64,000 bases of DNA from an uncultured Candidatus Babeliaceae bacterium (lineage in GTDB: Bacteria; Babelota; Babeliae; Babelales; Babelaceae): the NCBI GenBank assembly GCA_963704655.1, contig OY969927.1:320001-384000 (forward strand), given 5' to 3'. Position 1 is the first letter of the stretch; every line of letters begins with the position of its first letter. The notes under the pieces were generated by a model that was not told the DNA's origin, made no database searches, and saw only the letters and a program-made list of their open reading frames with translations. Position numbers and translations under genes: made by a program. This document shows, in pieces, positions 32,001-39,842 of this stretch.

Positions 32001-34502
32001 GGTGATCTTACGGTGACTAACACCTTAACTACCAATTGGTTAACTATTCAAAATAGTCCAGTTTTCTCAACAGATGGCGCCAATAAAGCTTATGTCGATG
32101 GGGTTGCTCAGGGATTACATGTTGCAGCGCCATGCACTGCACTTGGAGATTCAAATATCAGTTTGCTCTCTGGCGCCATAACTATTGACGGTGTATCACT
32201 TGTTGTTGGCAATCGTGTATTGCTTATTGGGCAAACAAGCTCAGTTGAAAATGGTATTTGGGTTGTACAATCTGGTTCATGGACACGACCAGTAGATTTT
32301 GCAACTGGAAATAGTGCGCAAGCAATTTATGCATTTATACAATCTGGGTCAACATATGGTGACACCGCATATTTTTGTACTACATTAGACCCGAATGCGG
32401 TAATTGATACTGACGCACTTACCTTTGTGCAGTTCGGTAATGTTCAGGATGTTACAGGTCAAAACTTAGGAAGTGGAGCGTCAGTATTTGCTCAAAAATA
32501 TGGACAAACGTTACAATTTAAATCACTTGATGCAGGGCAAAATATCTTTATATCTTCTTCTGATACCGATATTACGATAGATCTTCCATCTGCATTAAAT
32601 ATCTCTGGTAAAATAACTGCCGGCACTGATATTAAGGGCGCAAGTATTAGTGATGGTATTGCGCTATTAACCAGTGGTAATTTGAATCTAAATAATCTTA
32701 TTTCAACGGCTACGGTTACAAGTTCTGATGGATCGGCTGCGTATCCAAGTTTTAATTTTGCATCATCGCCACAGACAGGAATTTCTGCACAGACGCCTGA
32801 CACATTAGTATTATCAACAGCGGGAGTTAACAACTTGCAAATTAATTCTTCAGGAATTATTCAAATTCCCGCGTTTACATCACCAGGAATTGTGCATAAC
32901 GATGCTTCAGGAAATCTTTCTTCGTCATTAATAACCAGTGCCGATATATCAGCAACTGCCGGTATAGCAGATACGCAACTTGGTATTATTCATACTGCGG
33001 GTAAAGTTGCTAATAGCGCTACAACAGCAACAAATAATAATAATCAAAATACTATTGTCATGCGCGACATGAATGGTAACTTTTCTGCAGGCGCGGTGAG
33101 CGCCTCTTTGCAAGCACCGAGTGGTTCAGTAACTTCGCCATCGGTGGCTTTTGCAAATTCACTTAATGCAGGCTTATCATCGCCCGTTGCAGGCCAGCTG
33201 AGCATAAGTGCAGGTGGTGCAGAATTATTACAATTGCAAGCGGGTGGAAATATCTATGTTCCTGGTTTTGTTTCAAATAATGGGGTGGTAAAATCAACAT
33301 CGGGTATATTAAGCTCCGCGCCGTTATATGATGCGGATATCGCAGTTGGCGCTTCTATACAAGATACAAAATTAGCAACCATACAAAGTGCTAATAAAGT
33401 TGCAAATAGCGCAACTTCTGCAACATCGGCTAATAGTGCTAATACTATTGTCGCACGTGATGGATCTGGTAACTTTGTTGCAAATACAGCAACATTTGTT
33501 GCAACAAATAATCATCTTGTATTGGGCAGTGGTAATACGGTTACCATTAATGCTGCCACTCCTGCAGTTTCACGTACGTATACAGTTCCAGACACCGGTA
33601 CATCAACTTCTACGTTTATGATGGTTGATGGCGCACAAACTATGAATGGTCCACTTACCTGTAATCAACTTTCTGTGACGCCGGGTAGCTTTACGGTGGG
33701 TTCACAAACCGGGGTTGTTACGGCAAATAGCGGTCTTTATGGTGCATCGGTTGGAAATGCTGGTCAACGTCTTGCAACATTTGGCAGCACACCAACTGTT
33801 GGGTGGTACAAGTCAATTGAGCCATCACGCGAGTCATTATTCTTTGATGATTTTACTGGCCCGCTGTTTGATACGCAGTGGTATGCTGGCGGATCGATTG
33901 GTAGTGTAACAGCACCAAGTGCTTCTGCAACGGGCATGGAGATTGGCGTTATTCAACTTGGCACGGCTGGCGCACCAGATGGTTCTACGGTAATTAATAA
34001 ACAACTTAATGGCACTGTGCTTGGCAATGGAACATGTTATGTTGAATGGCGCGTTGCAGTGCCAACATTATCAACAAGTAATCAGCAGTTTACCTTCAGA
34101 TGTGGTCTTGGTGATAGCAGTGTTGGCAACGGTGTTCCGCAGGCAAATCCAACAACGGGTATTTGGTTTGAACATAGCGGTACTAATATTTCACCTACAT
34201 GGATCATTAATTGTGCATCTGCAGGAAACACTACTTCCATTCCTACTACGCAGGTTATTGCTCAGGGTGTCTATTATCGATTAGGACTTTTAGTAGATGC
34301 TGCTGCTGATTCGGTATCATACTATATTAATGACGTGCTTGTTGGGGTTAGTTCTGGAACGAATCCAATTACTACAAATATTCCGACTACGGTACAACCT
34401 GTTGGTTTATTTGCGCATCTTATTAAATCATCAGGAACAACGGCGCGTACGGCAAACTTGGATTATGCAATGTACCAGTATGTTTATACGAGCCAACGAT
34501 AG
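29034..34502 (+). CDS. Mosaic tail-fibre-like protein (1,822 aa): beta-helix region, phage fibre motifs, EPSRES domain
   Basis: LYVAVNGNDSTGNGS...PFASL; KVSKAGDVMTG; ANKAYVD...IDGV...RVLL..Q...ENGIW; C-terminal EPSRESLFFDDF. Confidence 0.8.
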   Translation: MMKRKMLFFYTIFLTLSALTTLNAVQDKVVLVDNNTLSQLDMHRWYNENIHQLESVPAQAYVHHKIFKLTHDKDSEYIFIYGNKKFVSRQEAQLDAGDCCLGQLPGATLIADFLVHNQDLFVRNAQKVSHRAGQFIWDRLTPGLPLLLDSNLDVVTQNVDIASQTSGAVAIALGGTNSTSPLQNNCLMESVGGQIVEAPALQNGQIFIGATGMSPSPATISGTASQINITNGPGSITLSTPQNIDLLSTPTFVGIQFQPSGSSNYVTLQAPATVSSTYSVSLPGSAPTAGQVLQATSTSTTQWGNVSDALTLYVAVNGNDSTGNGSLTAPFASLKRALAVANAIASEYTPVKISVGPGIFVEDTSSGPLIINPVSGSGYINIVGTSSQTTLFTSYTPTQTFIYMPANGRLSDLAIFGIYEAPAVCADGTGNNSAFINAVAVGCQQGFLFQGGITTNYYLQGVATESCGVGVLVDDARVLMYNSSFDGALETTIIPANTGVIVTGPAGRMVAESCAFLYCGLCGLVENQGNATFIGGSFISSTSGVQAASQSTCIVNGSTFYSNTATNMIARDLGTTLQSTACNVDGNSLNNLPQGTGLLVTTSAQANIAVASLTNLINGIIIGQDGDDSTTQVLSVGVTIDNCAGSQIIQNGLAQLTYVDGALNRNFITISNPTNVTFNTTDASSGQATIIGQHSDVDQDLILVDTGVAQMPGLVYQSNYMDCKGIIYQNTNPAFSTMLGVQGQNSGATLSAVTASNAQPAKVMLFSNSGAFGGMSNMRGWLLNKNATNAQLAGEFYNNDLDGKPAIDQYTSFQFDGFNNILQFPAVTTTNLPTNTVAQLQWAGDTNLYRAQAGVLQTDNNFAIQGLATANSALYVDGNKQVAASVTSSSDLAQLAGITGGPIQPQLNNKVSKAGDVMTGVLTIPDGTVARPALSFNGFPNTGLAIIGNVFTLMTSGSSRLTVDANGVVGINSSNVSTVLNVGGDVSVVGDLTVTNTLTTNWLTIQNSPVFSTDGANKAYVDGVAQGLHVAAPCTALGDSNISLLSGAITIDGVSLVVGNRVLLIGQTSSVENGIWVVQSGSWTRPVDFATGNSAQAIYAFIQSGSTYGDTAYFCTTLDPNAVIDTDALTFVQFGNVQDVTGQNLGSGASVFAQKYGQTLQFKSLDAGQNIFISSSDTDITIDLPSALNISGKITAGTDIKGASISDGIALLTSGNLNLNNLISTATVTSSDGSAAYPSFNFASSPQTGISAQTPDTLVLSTAGVNNLQINSSGIIQIPAFTSPGIVHNDASGNLSSSLITSADISATAGIADTQLGIIHTAGKVANSATTATNNNNQNTIVMRDMNGNFSAGAVSASLQAPSGSVTSPSVAFANSLNAGLSSPVAGQLSISAGGAELLQLQAGGNIYVPGFVSNNGVVKSTSGILSSAPLYDADIAVGASIQDTKLATIQSANKVANSATSATSANSANTIVARDGSGNFVANTATFVATNNHLVLGSGNTVTINAATPAVSRTYTVPDTGTSTSTFMMVDGAQTMNGPLTCNQLSVTPGSFTVGSQTGVVTANSGLYGASVGNAGQRLATFGSTPTVGWYKSIEPSRESLFFDDFTGPLFDTQWYAGGSIGSVTAPSASATGMEIGVIQLGTAGAPDGSTVINKQLNGTVLGNGTCYVEWRVAVPTLSTSNQQFTFRCGLGDSSVGNGVPQANPTTGIWFEHSGTNISPTWIINCASAGNTTSIPTTQVIAQGVYYRLGLLVDAAADSVSYYINDVLVGVSSGTNPITTNIPTTVQPVGLFAHLIKSSGTTARTANLDYAMYQYVYTSQR

Positions 34503-34525
34503 AGATAGTATTAATGCCCCTTTAA

Positions 34526-34738
34526 TTTGTTGCTACAATTTTAAATCAATGTGGATTTGAAGATGCCTTAGCGATAGAAATGAAAGACGGTAAGATTATT
34601 TTGTCAGCTTATAAAAGTAACAATGTACGAGAAAATTGGGATAAAGCATTTAAGGCTATGGCTCAAGCAGGAGATGATGAACTTTTAGATTCGGAACTTA
34701 TGACGTTAGGATCTGATGATAAGGAATGGACGTGGTAA
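34526..34738 (+). pseudogene. 5'-truncated MazE/AbrB-family antitoxin
   Basis: ATILNQCGFEDALAIEMKDGKIIL...RENWDKAFKAMAQAGDDELLD...DDKEWTW*; the N-terminal AbrB strand is missing (in-frame TAA at 34523). Confidence 0.7.
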
Positions 34739-34779
34739 AGTGTAAGCAATTTGAAGTTTATCTTGTTAATTTAACGTAA
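34726..34779 (+). pseudogene. 5' stub of MazF/PemK toxin
   Basis: MDVVKCKQFEVYLVNLT*; overlaps the antitoxin stop and breaks off at the MITE-like end. Confidence 0.6.
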
Positions 34780-35040
34780 GTTCGTTGATAAAAAATAGCT
34801 GAAATACTATTGTTTCAGAGTTAAATTGCGAATTATTAAGGTGTCATTCCGGACTTGATTCGGAATCCGCCTAACATGTGTAAAAGTCGAAAATATCACG
34901 TTAATTTAATCGATTATATTTTAGTAGATGGATTCCGGATCCCAGCCTGCGCCAGGGGCTCTGGCGGGCAGGCACGTCCGGAATGACACGGTGGGTTCGA
35001 AAAGCTTTTAATTGCAACACATTTCATCGAACTTCGTTAA
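34771..35040. mobile_element. MITE-like element with imperfect terminal inverted repeats and internal GTCATTCCGG palindromes
   Basis: Left TTAACGTAAGTTCGTTGA vs right (reverse complement) TTAACGAAGTTCGATGA; inverted GTGTCATTCCGGAC / GTCCGGAATGACAC at 34841-34989. Confidence 0.6.
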
Positions 35041-35126
35041 AACAAGATCTTCATTAATTTCTTTTATAGTTTTTAATAAGTTTTTTTGTTATTTTTTAAA
35101 AGTGGCTAACTATTCTAGGAGGTTTT

Positions 35127-35681
35127 GTGTCTGTTCCCTTACTTGTGTTTATTGCAAGCCCGTTTATTATTTTTGATTTGCGGTACACGACGCCTGATAA
35201 CTTTGTTGGAAAAGTTCTTTATCCGCCAAATGCACGTGCGTATGCGCGTAAAGAAGTTGCAGCGGCACTTGTTAATGCTGCACAAGAATTGTATGCAAAG
35301 CATGGGTATAAGCTCGTGATATGGGACGCCTATCGACCACTTTCTGTACAAAAAGAGATGTGGAAAGTTTGTTCAGATGAACGATATGTGGGCAACCCGG
35401 CAAAAGGCTCTAATCATAATCGCGGGTTAGCAATTGACTGTTCTTTGGCCGACAAAGACGGCAACCTATGCGCCATGCCAACTAAGTTTGATGATTTTAC
35501 TCCCGCAGCTCATCGTGGTGATTATAAAAAATGTTCTAAAGATGTTCAAAAACGCATGCATATTTTTGAAGAAGTTATGTATCGACATGGCTTTACCGGT
35601 ATGCCTACTGAATGGTGGCACTTTGATTTTCCGTCACCTGATAGAACTATTCTGGATATCTCTTTTGATGAGCTTGCATGA
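35127..35681 (+). CDS. D-Ala-D-Ala dipeptidase (VanX/DdpX, M15D)
   Basis: DAYRP, SNHNRGLAID and EWWHF motifs. Confidence 0.9.
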   Translation: MSVPLLVFIASPFIIFDLRYTTPDNFVGKVLYPPNARAYARKEVAAALVNAAQELYAKHGYKLVIWDAYRPLSVQKEMWKVCSDERYVGNPAKGSNHNRGLAIDCSLADKDGNLCAMPTKFDDFTPAAHRGDYKKCSKDVQKRMHIFEEVMYRHGFTGMPTEWWHFDFPSPDRTILDISFDELA

Positions 35682-36724
35682 AAAATTGTTTATTTAAAAA
35701 AATAATTTTCACTTTTTTAAGTATCGCCAGCTCTACTATCACTGCGCGCTCATGGACAACCACGTATCATTTTACCCCAAAGGTATTCCATGAATATCCA
35801 GGCATAATTGTTGTAGAAAAAAAGGCTCAAGAGCCATTTGCGCAACTTCTTGTTTCTTGGAACGCTGATTTGCCAAGCCATGGGTACTTGCGATTTTATG
35901 TAGAAGTTTTTGATGAAAAAAAACATGAGTGGTTAATATATAAAATGTATGAATGGGGTAACGGTATACAACGTTCATTTGCTGAAAAAAATAAACAGTC
36001 TGGTGGTGCGCAGTATACGCATGTGCGCTTTGAGGGCGCCCCTGGAAGTTTGTATCATACATTTAAAATAAAAGTTGAATCAGTTGATGGCGCAGAACTT
36101 TCTGCTTTACGTCACATAGCGGTTTGTGCTTGCGATTTGTCTCTTTTTGAAAATGAAACGGTAGGGTTATTGCATGCGACGTATTTTAAAAATAAGTATA
36201 TGTATCTTGCAGATGTGCCCTGTATTTCACAGCATGATGAACAATTTCCTGAAAGCACTGGTTGGTGCTCGCCCACTTCGTTAGCACAGGTTATTGAATA
36301 TTATACGCATAAGCCGATTGATCTTCCTGCTTTTGCGCGAGCGGTATTTGATGAAAAATTAGCTGCATACGGAAGTTGGCCCTTTAATACTGCACAAGCT
36401 GGGGTGTGTCTACCTGAGCATGTTTGTTATATTACACGTTTAAATTCTATAAAAAATTTGATTAAATTGTTATCTCATGGATATCCGGTAGTGGTGAGTA
36501 TCTGTTGCGCAAAGCCATTGCCAGGTGCGCCTAAGGCTTATGATAAAGGTCATTTAATTACCGTAGTTGGTTATGACCTAAGAAAAAATGAGATTATTTG
36601 TCATGATACCGCAGAAAAAGATGAAGCGCATATGATAAAAAATTATCCGTTAGAGCCTTTTATGCAGGCATGGGAACGGCGCCAAAGATTAGCATATGTT
36701 ATTGTCCCTGCTAAAATAGCTTGA
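35678..36724 (+). CDS. Secreted peptidase C39-like protein
   Basis: SQ...WCSPTS, YGSWPFN, GHLITVVG and HD motifs. Confidence 0.75.
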   Translation: MKNCLFKKIIFTFLSIASSTITARSWTTTYHFTPKVFHEYPGIIVVEKKAQEPFAQLLVSWNADLPSHGYLRFYVEVFDEKKHEWLIYKMYEWGNGIQRSFAEKNKQSGGAQYTHVRFEGAPGSLYHTFKIKVESVDGAELSALRHIAVCACDLSLFENETVGLLHATYFKNKYMYLADVPCISQHDEQFPESTGWCSPTSLAQVIEYYTHKPIDLPAFARAVFDEKLAAYGSWPFNTAQAGVCLPEHVCYITRLNSIKNLIKLLSHGYPVVVSICCAKPLPGAPKAYDKGHLITVVGYDLRKNEIICHDTAEKDEAHMIKNYPLEPFMQAWERRQRLAYVIVPAKIA

Positions 36725-37877
36725 AAATTTTAACGGGCGATTCTTTAAAATTATTTCCAAATTTATCTAAGCGCATAACTTGATGCTTTTTATAATAAGC
36801 ATGTAAAAGATCGTCCCACGTATGAATCTTTTTAAGAAGCTGGTCAAGTTTAATGGTGTGTAGTTTTCCTACAAAATTTTCATAGCCAACAGCTTGCGTA
36901 ACCAGAGTGTTTTTAATGTCGGTGATAACAACCACATGCCCTTGTAACCATATAAGATCACCTTCTTGAAGAGTATCGGCAGGAGTAAATTTCTTTCCAT
37001 ATTTTTCAAGCATCGCTGTTGTTTTGAAATTATAGGGAACTTGCGCTATTTGTGCAAAACGCAATACCAGTAATGAACAGTCATAGCCGCATAGCGGAAT
37101 GGTTTCACTTTCTTTACGGTGAAAACGACCAGCATCTTCAATAAAATCATCGCTATAGGCGCGTGTAAAGCTTCCACCGCCCCAGACATAAGGAATCGTA
37201 TTATATGGCGTTTGTTGATCTATTTCATCTACAAATTCCGTTAAAAGTTTTATAAAATCTTGGCGGGATTCTGCTGTTGACAGTTTTTTACTTTTAAAAG
37301 CATGTGAACGTGGTATAAAAAAATATTTTAACGATTTTATGTGAGTATCAAGGTACATTACGTGAAATGCGTCAGGTTCGTGCTGGTCCTGAGCGCAGAC
37401 AAATTGTGTACCAACTGAATACCTTGTGCCGTTAGGGCCAGTAAAAGGGCGCTTTAACGTAATGACATTTTTTTTATGCGCATACTGTGGAATTGTTGGT
37501 AATAGTTCGTGATGGTTTGGGATGGCGTCTATGAAGATAATATTTTTTCGTTCTGCCCAATAACGACATAGTGGCTTGCCATGAGTATCATAGCCGTATA
37601 CTGCCCAAGGTATTGATAACGCAATCATGTTTCCAGAAATTTCTAGCACCTCAAAGCATTCGTTAAAGAGTCCTTGATGTATCCGTGGGCAAACTATAGA
37701 ATCTCGTGTTGCTGCTGGAATAGGCGTATCCGGTAGGTTTGCCGAACCGTAAAGGTCTATGACAGGATATTTTATGAGAGCATACTTTTTAAAGTCATGC
37801 AGGTTATAGTTTGCATCTGCCGTTTTTATAAAAAAGATTATGGCACTCAGTGCCATGAAAAAGATTTTTTGTCCCAT
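36711..37877 (-). CDS. NlpC/P60 (C40) cell-wall peptidase
   Basis: PYVWGG, GYDCS and GDLI...GHV motifs; likely start MGQKIFF at 37877. Confidence 0.8.
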   Translation of the reverse strand: MGQKIFFMALSAIIFFIKTADANYNLHDFKKYALIKYPVIDLYGSANLPDTPIPAATRDSIVCPRIHQGLFNECFEVLEISGNMIALSIPWAVYGYDTHGKPLCRYWAERKNIIFIDAIPNHHELLPTIPQYAHKKNVITLKRPFTGPNGTRYSVGTQFVCAQDQHEPDAFHVMYLDTHIKSLKYFFIPRSHAFKSKKLSTAESRQDFIKLLTEFVDEIDQQTPYNTIPYVWGGGSFTRAYSDDFIEDAGRFHRKESETIPLCGYDCSLLVLRFAQIAQVPYNFKTTAMLEKYGKKFTPADTLQEGDLIWLQGHVVVITDIKNTLVTQAVGYENFVGKLHTIKLDQLLKKIHTWDDLLHAYYKKHQVMRLDKFGNNFKESPVKIFKLF

Positions 37878-38009
37878 ATGTCTTTCTCCCCTACTATTTA
37901 AGATAGGTGGTTTAATGGGCTTAAAGCAATCTTTTAAAGGGGCTTGTGTTATGCACCATTTTTTTGGTATAGTTCCAGAAAATGAGCATGTCACCTTGTT
38001 AACGTAAAA

Positions 38010-38036
38010 GATCCCGGATCGAGTCCGGGATGACAC
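38010..38036. repeat. Single GTCAT-tagged palindrome, same family as 34841-34989
   Basis: GATCCCGGATCGAGTCCGGGATGACAC. Confidence 0.7.
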
Positions 38037-38052
38037 CATCATAGGAGAATTT

Positions 38053-38526
38053 ATGATACAGACACATATTGGACTTTCTGAAACTGTCCGTAAGCACGTA
38101 AGTGAAAAATTAACGGTTATTATTTCTTATCAATTTACGCTGTATATTAAGACCCTTAAGTTCCATTGGAACGTGCAGGGCATGAATTTTAAGCCATTAC
38201 ATCTTTTTTTTGAAGAGCAGTATGAAGCTATGCTCGAGATAGTCGATGAAGTTGCCGAGCGTATTCGTGCATTGGGCCATATGGCTCCTGGAACCATGGC
38301 AGAGTTTATGAAACTTTCTAAACTTACCGAAAGCCCCGGTGAAAATCCGAACGATAAGGGCATGATCCAAGCATTATTGCATGACCATGAATCTATTATT
38401 CAGCTTGTCCGTAAAGAAATAGATGCAACGGCTGAATTGGGCGATATGGGGACCAATAACTTTTTATGCGATATTTTGGAAAAGCATGAAAAAATGGCCT
38501 GGATGCTCCGCGCATTTGTAGAATAA
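38053..38526 (+). CDS. dps: DNA starvation/stationary-phase protection protein
   Basis: FHWNV.G..F..LH..FE, DEVAER and EK.AWML motifs. Confidence 0.93.
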   Translation: MIQTHIGLSETVRKHVSEKLTVIISYQFTLYIKTLKFHWNVQGMNFKPLHLFFEEQYEAMLEIVDEVAERIRALGHMAPGTMAEFMKLSKLTESPGENPNDKGMIQALLHDHESIIQLVRKEIDATAELGDMGTNNFLCDILEKHEKMAWMLRAFVE

Positions 38527-38553
38527 CAGTTTTTTAAAGCTGCATCTGCAAGG

Positions 38554-39075
38554 TTAGGCGCTGTATTTTATTAAAAGCCATGCTCCAACGGCGAGTGTGG
38601 CTGATATACATGTTGCTACCCCGTCTTTTTGTGTAAATTGAGCATCATTATGATTGATATGTTTGTTTGCGATAAGCCCAGCTAGCATTAATGACAAAGC
38701 AAATGTTCCAACACCACCGATAACATAACCGGCCTGTTTCATGAGTGCAGAAAGTTGAGTCGTTGTTTTTTCAGTATCCATTGTAAGTATTACGGGGATC
38801 TTTTCATCAGCTTTAATCTTTATTCCATTAGTTAAAGCTCTATCAAGAAATGCGATAGTTTCTGGGTTTACGCCAACGGAATTACCTATTTTTGAGAGGT
38901 TTTCTGAACTTTTTAAAAGCGTGTCTTGGCTTTTGTCGATAAGATCAGCAAAGGCAAGTATCGAAGCTATATTTGCCTCTCTGTTATTCTTTTTTTCATC
39001 TGCTAATGCATGAGCAAAGAAAATGTTTAAAGATGCTAATGTGCACAAAGATGTTATTATTAATTTTTTCTTCAT
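38554..39075 (-). CDS. Hypothetical protein (signal peptide, two C-terminal TM segments)
   Basis: ORF track and hydrophobicity pattern. Confidence 0.65.
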   Translation of the reverse strand: MKKKLIITSLCTLASLNIFFAHALADEKKNNREANIASILAFADLIDKSQDTLLKSSENLSKIGNSVGVNPETIAFLDRALTNGIKIKADEKIPVILTMDTEKTTTQLSALMKQAGYVIGGVGTFALSLMLAGLIANKHINHNDAQFTQKDGVATCISATLAVGAWLLIKYSA

Positions 39076-39165
39076 AAGTTTCCTATTTCTATGGTGAATT
39101 ATTACTTCACTGAGTAAACCAGCTTATAGAAAAAAATAGTTTTTTCAAAAATTGATATTTGTAAA

Positions 39166-39546
39166 TTATTTTCTGTATTCCAAACTCCATAAGAATAAGA
39201 GTGTTCCTGCGCTTACGGCAAGTCCAGCAGCAGGGATTACCCAATCACTCTGCGTGCGTTCTGCTACAGGCTTAGATGGGTATTTATTGAAAAGTTGGTG
39301 CGCAGAATAACAGCCTACAACAAGTGCTAATGTGCCAATACCTGAGGGACGCAAAGCATTTATGAGCCTATCTATAGATTTGGTAAGGGCTTGCGTTTGT
39401 TGGGTTGTGCTTTGCATGAAGGCGTTTAGTTGAGGGATATTGATTGTTGCTGGGGGGATAGTGATGGTCGCTGTTGCTGGCGCTACCATCGCTTGTGCTG
39501 ATTGCATGGATACCATCAAACAAAGAATGATTTTTTTAAATGACAT
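39166..39546 (-). CDS. Hypothetical protein (signal peptide, two C-terminal TM segments)
   Basis: Same architecture as its neighbour. Confidence 0.65.
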   Translation of the reverse strand: MSFKKIILCLMVSMQSAQAMVAPATATITIPPATINIPQLNAFMQSTTQQTQALTKSIDRLINALRPSGIGTLALVVGCYSAHQLFNKYPSKPVAERTQSDWVIPAAGLAVSAGTLLFLWSLEYRK

Positions 39547-39627
39547 ATCTGGTCCTTCATCTTATAAGATAGCTTATAGATAGTTTTTGATAGTATATAT
39601 AACCAACACCATTTTTTCTATTTTTTG

Positions 39628-39656
39628 TTGACTCGATAAAGTTTTTTGGTTATTAT
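39628..39656 (+). promoter_or_regulatory. Sigma70-type promoter
   Basis: TTGACT-N17-TATTAT. Confidence 0.6.
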
Positions 39657-39695
39657 TTTTTTTAAATGCTTATGAATTAATTAATTGTAAAAAAT

Positions 39696-39752
39696 ATGTA
39701 TAAAAAGCTGTTTTCTCTTCTTATTACTCTTATTCTTATTGTGATCGCCTGA
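39696..39752 (+). CDS. Candidate 18-aa Ile/Leu/Val-rich leader peptide MYKKLFSLLITLILIVIA
   Basis: Manual translation; the stop codon lies in the loop of ATCGCC-TGAT-GGCGAT, followed by a GTGTC/GGCAC stem and a T-tract. Confidence 0.4.
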   Translation: MYKKLFSLLITLILIVIA

Positions 39753-39842
39753 TGGCGATATATATTCATTAGTGTCTTTCGGCACATCTAACTTTTTTCG
39801 TTATTATTTTTTTCTTAAATTTTTTATTTCCGAGATTTCTTT

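Noticed and set aside
19452-34502. Prophage, tailocin or diversity-generating retroelement
   Set aside because: No structural phage genes, integrase or reverse transcriptase, and no TR/VR pair with adenine-specific differences was seen.
37878-38042. N-terminal extension of the NlpC/P60 ORF
   Set aside because: It runs through intergenic DNA and a palindrome; MGQKIFF with a signal peptide is the better start.
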